NCBI GenBank assembly: GCA_963746875.1
Contig: CAVVDA010000005.1
Location: 618,729 to 682,728, forward strand
From: Thermoanaerobaculia bacterium
Lineage (GTDB): Bacteria > Acidobacteriota > Thermoanaerobaculia > UBA5066
Reading direction: 5' to 3'
Length of the DNA stretch: 64,000 nt
Made by a program: the position numbers and the translations under genes. Positions 54,578 through 64,000 of the stretch are shown here, piece by piece; the stretch's first letter is position 1; every line of letters starts with the position of its first letter. The notes beneath the pieces are model-generated. The model had not been told where the DNA came from, made no database searches, and saw only the letters and a list, made by a program, of their open reading frames with translations.

Positions 54578-56837
54578 CTACTCGGCTTCGGCCGGGACGG
54601 GTTCTTCGGACTTCTCGAACGCCTCGGCGCCGCGCCGCTCGAACGCCTCGACCGCCTTGAGCACGCGGCGCCGCGCGTCCTCGACGAAGAGCGGTCTGCG
54701 AGTCGACGGGCGTCTCGCCCGCGGCGGGCTTGAGGCGCTCGTAGGTCCCGTCCTCGTTCAGGCGCCGCGCGCGCACGTTGTCCTTCAGCATCGTGTCGAG
54801 AGCGTCGACGACCTGCTGCGCGAGCGCGGGCTCCTCGACGGGGAAAGCCGTCTCGACCCGGCGGAAGAAGTTGCGCGGCATCCAGTCGGCCGAGGAGAGC
54901 CAGACCTCGCGGTCGCCGCCGTTCTCGAAGACGAACGCGCGGCTGTGCTCGAGGAAGCGGCCCACGATGGAGCGCACGCGGATCGTCTCCGAGACGCCCG
55001 GAACGCCGGGCTTCAGGCAGCAGATGCCGCGGACGAGGAGGTCGATCGCTCACGCCGGCCTGCGAGGCCTCGTAGAGCGCCGCGATGACCTGCGGATCGA
55101 CGAGCGCGTTCATCTTCGCCTTGATGCCCGACGGGCGGCCCGGCGCGGGCGTGCGCCGTCTCGCGTCGCGATCCACTCGAGGACGGCGCGGTGCATGTCC
55201 TTCGGCGCCGTCACGAGGCGCGCGTAGCTCGTCTTGCCCGCGAAGCCCGTCAGCGCGTTGAAGAGGCGCGTCGCGTCCTCGCCGAACTCCGGGCGGCAGG
55301 TCATGAGGCCGAAGTCCGTGTAGATCCGCGCCGTCGACGCGTTGTAGTTGCCGGTGCCGAGGTGCACGTAGCGGCGGATCTCGTCCTTCTCGCGCCGGAC
55401 GACGAGCGCGATCTTGCAGTGCGTCTTCAGGCCGACGACGCCGTAGACGACGTGGACGCCCGCCTGCTCGAGCGACTTCGCCCACGTCGATGTTGTTCTC
55501 CTCGTCGAAGCGCGCCTTCAGCTCCACGAGGACCGCGACCTGCTTGCCGTTCTCGGCCGCGCGGATGAGCGCGGGGAGGATCGGCCGAGTCCGCGTTCGT
55601 GCGGTAGAGGGTCATCTTGATCGCGACCGTCTTCGAGTCGTCGGAGGCGCGCTCGATCATCTCGACGACGGGCGAGAACGAGTCGTACGGGTGGTGGAGG
55701 AGGATGTCGCCCGCGCGGATCGCGGCGAAGACCGACGTGTCGGGCTGGTTGAAGACGGCCGGCACGGCGGGCGAGAAGGGCGGGTCCTTCAGCTCGCGCC
55801 GGTCGAGCCGCGTGAGCGACATGAGGTCGCCCGCGCCGAGCGGCCCGTCCACCTCGTAGACCTCGTTCTCGGTGATCTCGAGCTGCTTCTGAGAGGAGCT
55901 TCCGCACGCGCTTGGGCGTCTTCGGGGCGACCTCGAGGCGCACGACCGCGCCGAAGCGGCGGCGCCGCACCTCCTGCTCGATCGTCGCGAGGAGGTCGGA
56001 GGCCTCGTCCTCCTGGATCTCGATGTCGGCGTCGCGCGTCACGCGAAAGAGGTGCGAGGAGACGATCTCGAGGCCGGGAAAGAGCTCGCCGAGGTTCGCC
56101 TGGATGAGCGACTCGAGGAGGAGGAACTCGGCCTTCTCGGGCTTGACCTTCTTCTTGCCCTCGACGAGCTCGCGAAGCGGCGAGGAGGCGCGGCATGGCC
56201 TGCGGCACCTTGACGCGCGCGAACTTCGTCTCGCCCGTCTCGGGGTTCTTCACCTCGACCGCGAGGTTCAGGGAGAGGTTCGAGAGGAACGGGAACGGGT
56301 GGCCCGGGATCGACGGCGAGCGGCGTGAGGACCGGGCAGGACGTTGCGCCGGAAGTGCGCGCTCGCACGCCTCGCGCTGCGCGTCGTTGAGGTCGTCCCA
56401 CGTGAGGATCGAGATGCCCGCCGCGGCGAGCTTCGGGAGGAGGTCGTCCACGAGGCACGAGATCTGCCGCGCTTCCATCTCCTGGACCGCGGCCGCACGC
56501 GCGCGAGGGCCTCGGCGCGGCGGCAGGCCGTCGTCCGTGGGCTCGACGATCTCCGAGGAGAGCTGGTCGAGGAGGCCCGAGACGCGGATCATGAAGAACT
56601 CGTCGAGGTTCGTCTCGCTGATCGCGAGGAACTTCAGGCGCTCGAGGAGCGGCCAGCGCTCGTCGTAGGCCTCCTCGAGCACGCGCTCGTTGAAGGCGAG
56701 CCAGGAGAGCTCCCGATTCAGGAGCGGGAAGCGCGGGCGAGGGCGCGGCGGCCGGCGCGACCCGGCGCGACCGGCTCGTCCTGCACGAGCCTCAGCGGGC
56801 GCCTTTTCCTGGGTCTCAGTTCGTCGCGGCGAAACAT
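54578..56837 (-). CDS. ppk1: Polyphosphate kinase 1; multiple frameshifts
   Basis: [58 protein letters not shown]. Confidence 0.96.
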
Positions 56838-56925
56838 GGGTATTCCGGGGGGCGCCGAGGATACCGCGCTCCGAGGCTCGGGTGCGAAGGACCGGCCCTT
56901 TGCTCCGTATGTCATTGATATAGAA

Positions 56926-58225
56926 CTAGTTATTAGACTTTAGTCGGCGCGGCTGGTGCTCGGGGCGCAGGAGGTCGAGGACCGTCTTGACCGGCGCGAA
57001 CGTCTCCTTCGGAACCTCGACGAAGACCGTCTCCCAGAGCGCCATCGCGCCGTTCCACAGCCCCGGCCGCTCGAGCGCGAAGAGCGTCCGCCCCTCGTGG
57101 GTCTTCTTCGCGACGAAGACGGCGCGCTCGTCCACGAAGCGCGGAGAGGTCGAAGGGCCGGCCCGACGCGTCCCGCAGGGAGCACGCGAGGTCCACGGGG
57201 TTGAAGTGCGTCGCCGCGCTTCCAGATCGCCGCCTGCGCGGGATCCGCGAGATCCACCTGCGCCGACTCGACGATCTGCCGCGACTCTCCGCCGGGCCCC
57301 GCCGACCCAGAACGGGCCGCCGCCGGGCTCGCCCTCGTTGCGCACGACGCCGCAGACGCGGATCGGCCGGTCCCGCGGGCTCGTACGCTCGATCCGCACG
57401 AGAAGGCCGCTGAGGAGCCGCTTCCAGAGGAGCGTCGGCGCGCGGAGGCGTCGGGCACGACGTTGTCGATGTTCTTCACGAGGACGACGTCGCCGCCCGA
57501 CTCCGGCGAGGTTCTTCAGGAGCGCGCCGTGCCCTCCCGGGCCGGAAGAGGAGGCGCCCCTCCGAATCCCGGAAGAGACGGCCCGCCTCGTCGATCGCGA
57601 CGGTGTCGGTGGAGGGCGACTGCTCGGAGAACCGGACCTCGAAACGCGCGCCCGTCTCCCGTTCGAGGCGCGGCCGCGACCTCCTCGAGGACGTCCTCGA
57701 AGGCCGTGCGATGCTCGGGCGACACGGTGACGTGGACGCGGCAGAGGCCCGCGGCGTCCCGCACGGTCGCCGCGGCTTCGTCGAGATGCTCCTCGAACGC
57801 GGTTCGCGCGCCGTCGGGATACCGGTGGAACGGGAGGAGGCCTTTCGGCAGCGCGAGCGAGCGCCTCGAGGTCGCCGGCGTCGAACGCGAAGGACGTTCG
57901 CGCTCTCGCGGAAGCGGCGCACCTCCGGATGCTCGGGACTCGCGGGACGAGGAACTCGAACATGCGGCTCGCGGCGCCGGAAGCGGGCACGAACTTCGAA
58001 AGCCGGCCCGCGCGCGCGGCCTCGTCGGCGAGGGCGAGGAGCGCCGCGTGGTCGCTCTCCGTCGATCCGCACGACGCCGTCGCCGACCGTGCAGGGACGC
58101 AGCGAGCATCGCGGCGGGCGGAGGGTCCCGAAGGAGCGCCGCCTGCCGTTCCACCTCTTCCACGGTCAGGCCCTGCGCCTCGATCCGGGCGCGGTCCTCG
58201 GAGGAGAAGATTGTCCGTCTTCCAT
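56926..58225 (-). CDS. DUF4301 family protein; frameshifted
   Basis: PASGAASRMF, PGGHGALLKNL, KNIDNV, GEPGGGPF, LERPGLWNGAM, PVKTVLDLLR. Confidence 0.88.
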
Positions 58226-58260
58226 ATGCGCGCGACTCCGGGCGCGCTCGCCGATCGCGA

Positions 58261-59166
58261 TCAGCCCTGCGCGGCCTTCCACGCGGCGTAGTACGTCTCG
58301 ACCTCGTCCTCGAAGCCGCCGTGCGCGGGCTGCCAGCCGAGGCGGGCGACCGCCTTCCGCGACTCGACGTGCTGGTCGAGCGCGAGGGCGTCCGCGAAGT
58401 CGCCCATCGTTCTTGCGCGCGTCCTCGAGCGGGATCCACCGGATTTCGCCCTTGAAGCCGGCGGCGCGCGCGGCCGCGGTCACGAGGCGGCGGACGCGGC
58501 GCGCGGGAGCGGTCCGTCACGTTGAAGATCTCCCCGCGAGAGCCCGCTCTCGACCGCGCGGACGTACGCGTCGGCGCAGTCGTCCGCGTGCACGGTCGCC
58601 CAGCGGTTGTGGCCGTCGCCCACGACCTCGAGCGCTGCCGGCCGCGGCCCCGCGAACCACATCGCCGGTCATGCTGCCGCCGTAGCCGTACACGCAGCCG
58701 GGGCGCATGACGATCCCCTTGACGCCCGCCGCCGTGAGGACGCGCTTCTCGGTCTCGACGCGCGAAAGGCTCATCGGGAGCGGCGCGAGAGGCGTCGTCT
58801 CGTCGGCGACGCCGTTCGCCCGTCGAGCCGTAGACCCAGACGCCGCTCGTGTAGACGACGCGTCTTCGGAGCGGCGCCCCGATCCGCGAGCGCAAGGAGC
58901 GGCCGCGACGGCGGCGCGGTCGATGGCCCACGAGTCGCCCTTGTAGTCGAACGCCGCGTGGACGAGGACGGCGGCGTCCTCGGCGCCCTTCCACGAGCCG
59001 GGATCCTGCAGGGACCCGATGACGGGCCGGATCTCGTGCCGGTCGAGGCGCGTGGCGCCCTCGTCGCGAGCGCGTCAGGCCCCAGAACGTGATGTCCGGC
59101 GCGCCGAAAGGCGATCGCGACGTGAAATCCGACGTGGCCGGTGGCTCCGGTGACGAAGATCTTCAT
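58261..59166 (-). CDS. NAD-dependent epimerase/dehydratase (atypical SDR); frameshifted
   Basis: MKIFVTGATGHVG, YTSGVWVYG, RPGCVYG, TVHADD. Confidence 0.88.
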
Positions 59167-59199
59167 GGCGGCGGATTATCCTTCAGACGGGGAGACCCC

Positions 59200-59600
59200 G
59201 TGGACGGCACGAACGGGGACGAGTCGCCCGAAAAGCTCGCGGAGATCGCGAGAGGCATCGGCGATCCCGAGGCGCGGCGGCACATCTTCCTGTGCTGCGA
59301 CCAGACGAAGCCGAAGTGCTCCGAGCGGGATCGCTCGATCGCCGCGTGGGACTACCTGAAGACGCGCCTGAAGGAGCTCGGCCTCTCGACGAGCGGCCGC
59401 GTGCAGCGGAACAAGGCGAACTGCCTGCGCGATCTGCGCCGGCGGCCCCATCGCCGTCGTCTATCCCGAGGGCGTCTGGTACCGCGCGTGCGACCCGCCC
59501 GTCCTCGAGCGGATCATCCAGGAGCATCTCGTCGGCGGGCGGCCCGTCGAGGAGTACGCGTTCGTCACGCGCGGCCTTCCCGGGGACGACGGGACCGTGA
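59200..59600 (+). CDS. Thioredoxin-like [2Fe-2S] ferredoxin; frameshifted, end uncertain
   Basis: [19 protein letters not shown], (I)[25 protein letters not shown]. Confidence 0.85.
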
Positions 59601-60160
59601 GCCCTCCCGACGCCAGTCTTGCCCGGCGGCGATCTGTCTTCAAGCCTCTGAGCGCCATTCTGGTGCTGGTGTGGGCCTGGCGGTCACATACGCCATGGCG
59701 TGAGATCGGCTACGTGCGACCCAAGAGCTGGCTTGGCAGTCTGGCCGTCGGCATCGTCTTCGGCTGCGCGTTCAAACTCCTTATGAAGGCGATCGTGATG
59801 CCGCTGCTCGGCGCCCCTGCAATCAATCCCGCCTACCATTACCTGGCAGGAAACCGCGGCTGCACTCCCCGGAATGGTGTTCACGATGATTGTCGGCGCG
59901 GGCTTCGCAGAAGAGACCTTGTTCCGAGGTTACCTATTCGAACGCCTCGGCAAGCTTTTCGGGACTGGGGCCGGCGCAAAAGTATCCATCGTCCTGCTCA
60001 CCTCCGCGTTGTTTGCCCTGGGCCATTACTCCAACCTGGGGCTTCCTGGCGTCGAACAGGCGATGATCACGGCCTCGTCTTCGGGCACGATCTTCGCAAT
60101 CACGGGCCGGATCTGGATGGTGATGTGCGCGCATGCGTCGTTTTTCGCGCCGTCGCGTGA
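59597..60160 (+). pseudogene. CPBP (CAAX protease/Abi) family fragment, apparently truncated at both ends
   Basis: [17 protein letters not shown] and AHA motifs. No convincing start or RBS, and the codon style is visibly more AT-rich than the flanks. Confidence 0.65.
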
Positions 60161-60161
60161 C

Positions 60162-60704
60162 TCATTTCGCCGGGACGAACTTCATGGCAGTCCCGTTCAT
60201 GCAGTAGCGCAGGCCCGTGGGCTTCGGGCCGTCGTCGAAGACGTGGCCGAGGTGCGCGTCGCAGCGGCGGCACATGCACCTCGGTGCGCACGGAGAAGAA
60301 GCTCCGGTCCTCCGCCGTCTTCACGGAGTTCGGCGCGATCGGCTGCCAGAAGCTCGGCCAGCCGGTGCCCGAGTCGAACTTCGTGTCGGAGGAGAAGAGG
60401 GGCAGGTCGCAGCACACGCACGGTGTACGTGCCCTTCGCGTGGTTGTCCCAGTTCGGGCCCGTGAACGCGCGCTCGGTGCCCTTCTTCCGCGTGACGTGG
60501 AACTGCTCGGGCGTGAGGAGCTTCTTCCACTCGGCTTCGGTCTTGACGACCCGGTCGGGAGGCCGGCGGCGGTCGGGCGGCATCGGCGGATCCTTTCTGG
60601 GCGGGGCTCTTCTCGGGACCGGCCGAGCCGATCGCGGCGAGCACGCCGGCGCCCGCGAGGACGGGGAGGGTCAGGGCGAGGAAGTCACGTCGTCTCATGG
60701 TCAC
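60162..60704 (-). CDS. msrB: Tat-exported peptide-methionine (R)-S-oxide reductase; frameshifted
   Basis: RRRDFL signal, [41 protein letters not shown]. Confidence 0.95.
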
Positions 60705-60736
60705 CTGACACCTACGAAATGCGTTTCGGGGCCGGA

Positions 60737-62171
60737 TTATTCCCTCGCGACCTCGCGCGCGGCCTCCCGGAGGTCCTCGAGGGCCATGCCGGATGCGGTC
60801 CGCGATGCGTCCGGAAGCTCAGGATGCACATGCGGAGCGCGAAGACGTCGCCGAGGAGAGTGCCCGTCAGGAGCACCCTCTGCCGGGCGTTCACGCGCGC
60901 CATCAGCTCGCGGTTCAGCGCGGTTCGCCTCCTCCACGGACGCGCCGGGAGGCGCGAGGCGGAACGCGAAGAGGGAGAGCTCCGGCTCGGCGACGATCGT
61001 CATGCCCGGGATCGCGCGCACGGCGTCGGCGGCCTCCCGCGCGAGGTCGAGCTTCTCGTCGAGCGCCTTCGCGGAACGCCGCGAGGCCGCAGAGCTTGAC
61101 GGCGAGCCAGACCTCGAGCCCCCGGAAGTTGCGCGAGAGCTCCGGGGAGATCTCGCAGAAGTCCACGGAGTCCGGGTCGTCCTGCATGCCGGGCATGTAG
61201 TGCGCCGGACGCTGTGCGACCGGCGGAGCGTCCCGGGGTCCTTCACGAGGAGGCAGCCCGTGCCGTACGGCATGAAGAGGCCCTTGTGCGGGTCGAGGAC
61301 GATCGAGTCGGCGCGCTGCGAGGCCCGTCGATGACCGCGCGGCCGCGCGCCGTGAGCGCGAAGAACCCGCCGTAGGCCGCGTCCGTGTGCAGCCAGAGGC
61401 CCTCCCGCCCGGCGAAATCGGCGAGCGCGTCGAGGTCGTCGACGGCGCCGGTGTTCGTCGTGCCCGCGCTCGCGGCGACGAGGAACGGCGTGAAGCCGGC
61501 GGCGCGGTCGTCGGCGACCCGCTTCGCGAGGGCGTCGAGCCGGATGCGGAACGCGGCGTCGGACGGGATCTCGCGCACGTTCGCGGCGGGGAAGCCCGCG
61601 AGGAGCGCCGCCTTGCGGATGCAGTGGTGGCCCTGGTCGGACACGTAGAGCGTGCCCTTGAGGAAATCCTCGGGCAGCTTCTCGTGCCGGGCCGCGACGA
61701 TCGCGGAGAAGTTCGCGAGAGATCCGCCCGTCGTCAGGAATCCGCCGGCGCTCTCCGGGTAGCCGACGGCGCGCGCGAACCAGCGGATCACGTTCGTCTC
61801 GAGCTGGACGAGCGCCGGGCGCCGGCGCGAAGACGCCCACGTAGCGGTTCACGGCGGCCGAGATCAGGTCCGCGACGGCCGCGTACGGCTGCCCGCCTCC
61901 GGGGATGTACGCGAGGAAGCCCGGCCCGGCGTTGTTGAAGCTCGCGGGGATCGCCTTCTCGAACAGGAGGTCGAGGAGCGGTCCCGCCGGCTTGCCCTCC
62001 TCGGGCGCCTCCCGTTCGATCAGCGTGCGCGCGAGCGCCGCGGCCCCGGCGGACCCGTCGGCGGGCTGGTCGGCGAGCGAGCCGATGTGCGCGACGACGC
62101 GCCGGACGGCCTCGTCGAGGAGGCGGCGCAGCTCCTCGTCCGAGGGCTCGAGAGGGAGGCCCCGTGCTCAC
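60737..62171 (-). CDS. Group II PLP-dependent amino-acid decarboxylase; frameshifted
   Basis: [42 protein letters not shown]. Confidence 0.9.
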
Positions 62172-63495
62172 GATCCGAGGCTCTCGCGAAGGGCGTCGGC
62201 GAGGTCCGTCGCGACCGAGTCGACGAGGGCGGCGTCCGCGCCCTCGACCATGACGCGGGCGAGCGCCTCGGTGCCGGAGTACCGGAGGAGGAGCCGTCCG
62301 TTGCCGGCGAGGCGCTCCTCGGCGACGCGGCGCCGCGCCGCGAATCCGGGGATCGCGTCGAACGGCATCTTCTCGCGGACCCTCACGTTCTTGAGGACCT
62401 GCGGCGTGTGAACGAAGCGCGGCTGCGCCGAGAGCGGCCGGCCCGACGCCGCGACGAGCGCCGCGATGTGAAGGCCGGTGAGCGTGCCGTCGCCCGTCGT
62501 CGTGAGGTCCGCGCGGATGAGATGGCCGGACGGCTCGCCTCCGAGGAGCGCGCCCGACTTCTCCATCTCCTCGACGACGTAGCGGTCGCCGACGGCCGCG
62601 CGGATGAGGCGGACGCCCGCGCTCCTGAGGGCCTGCTCGAGCCCCCAGTTCGACATGACCGTCCCCACGACGGCCTCGGGCTTCCGGCCCTCGCGCTCCA
62701 GCTCGAGCGTCCAGAGGTAGAGCACGTCGTCGCCGTCGAGGAGCGTTCCCGTGTCGTCGGCGACGATGATCCGGTCCGCGTCGCCGTCGAGCGCGATGCC
62801 GAGGCGACGCCCCGGTCTCGACGACGGCGCGCGCCATGCCCTCGGGATGCAGGGCGCCGCAGCCCTCGTTGATGTTCCGGCCGTCCGGCGCGACGTTTCG
62901 CGCGACGACGTCGGCTCCCGCGGCGCGCGAACGCGGCGCGGCGCGACCTCGAACGCCGCGCCGTGCGCGGCGTCGATCACGACCTTCAGGCCGTCGAGCC
63001 GGTGGGGAAGCGTCCCGACGAGGTGCTCGACGTAGGCGCGCGCCGAGGCCGGGCTCGACGACGGCGGCGACGCGGCGCGGCGGGCGCGGCCTCGTCGATG
63101 TGGCGCTCGATCGTCGAGCTCGACCTCGTCGGGGAGCTTGCGCCCCTCGCCGGAGAAGATCTTGATTCCGTTGTCCTTCCACGGATTGTGCGAGGCCGAG
63201 ACGACGACGCCGGCGTCGGCGCCCGAGCTCGCGTCGTCGAGCCACGCGACGGCGGGCGTCGGGACGACGCCGGCGAAGCGCACGGTCGCCGCCGGCCGCG
63301 ACGAGCCCGCCCGCGAGAGCGCCGCCACGATCGCCGCGGAGGACTCGCGCGTGTCGCAGCCGACGACGACGGAGGGCCGCGGCCGGCGCGAGCGAGGTCG
63401 CGAGAGCCGCGCCGACCTGCGAGACCGTGTCCGCGTCGAGCGGCGGGCACGCCCGCCTCGCCGCGGATGCCGTCCGTGCCGAAGAGAGTGCGCAT
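62168..63495 (-). CDS. glmM: Phosphoglucosamine mutase; frameshifted
   Basis: [33 protein letters not shown]. Confidence 0.95.
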
Positions 63496-63508
63496 TCGCC
63501 GTGCGATG

Positions 63509-64000
63509 TTACGTGAGCGCCGGGCCGGCGCCGCTCGCGCCGAGCGCCGCGAGGAACCGGATCGTCTCGTCGACGTCGTGGACGCGGACGAGGACGGGGC
63601 GGGCTCCGCGCGGCGGCCGCCGCGAGCGCGACCGCGGCGAGGGACTCGGGCAGCCGGTCGTTCGCGGGCGCGCCCGCGACCGTCCCGAGGAACGCCTTGC
63701 GCGACGCGCCGACGACGAGCGGGACGCCGGGCGGCGCGAGGCGATCGAGCGCGCCGAGGAGCGCGAAGTTCTGCTCGGGCGTCTTGCCGAATCCGAAACC
63801 GGGGTCGAGAAAGATTTTCTGCTCGGAAATTCCGGAGGAGATCGCGCGGGCGCGGGCCGCGCTCAGGTCCGCGGCCACCTCGGCGATGACGTCGGTGAAA
63901 GAAGATTCTTCGAAGGTGGATGAGGGGTTCCGCGGCAGTGATTGAGGATGACGGCGGCGCGCGCCGGGCGAGCGTCGAGAGCAGCATTCGTCCGGAGCGT
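63509..64000 (-). CDS. folP: Dihydropteroate synthase, 3' part (runs off the window); frameshifted
   Basis: [21 protein letters not shown]. Confidence 0.92.

Noticed and set aside
56895-56945. AT-rich stretch with palindrome AACTAGTT upstream of ppk1 as a regulator box
   Set aside because: The palindrome is only 8 bp, overlaps the DUF4301 stop region and matches no operator I recognise.
63895-63920. GAAAGAAGATTCTTCGAAGG resembling the purine-rich oxidase-spacer motif
   Set aside because: It lies inside folP coding sequence (FEESSF on the minus strand), so it is most likely coincidental.

Overview
A very GC-rich (about 70% by eye) bacterial chromosomal segment. The gene repertoire suggests Acidobacteriota, probably Thermoanaerobaculia-like (inference). 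I saw no rRNA, tRNA, CRISPR array, integrase or transposase. Most genes after about 11.9 kb carry one or more single-base frameshifts, including essential ones (smc, ligA, glmM, cytochrome oxidase subunit I); I treat these as uncorrected sequencing or assembly errors and give reconstructed gene spans. Content in order: (1) 1-9.4 kb, a tightly coupled operon of secreted proteins: a beta-helix protein, three two-domain cupredoxin/multicopper-oxidase (MCO) paralogs, a small accessory protein and a subtilase; then a GT-C/TPR glycosyltransferase; (2) DUF481, mscL, DCC1, two tandem OmpA lipoproteins and a Ser/Thr kinase-TonB fusion; (3) an A-family heme-copper oxidase operon with two subunit III genes, a diheme cytochrome c and a Cys-less SCO-like protein, with structured repeats in its spacers; (4) smc, LuxR and FHA/AAA+ regulators, a 1190-aa secreted protein and a histidine kinase; (5) a ketosynthase, inactive ketosynthase and thioesterase set; (6) housekeeping genes (ACE-like M2 peptidase, dCMP deaminase, TonB receptor, miaE, M1 peptidase, ligA, NtrC-type regulator, ppk1, msrB, PLP decarboxylase, glmM, folP) plus two small decayed fragments. 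The best candidate for a new system is the MCO trio. The copper ligands of one type-C two-domain laccase are split between two genes, and a third paralog has no intact site. This predicts an obligate heterotrimer with a single active site.
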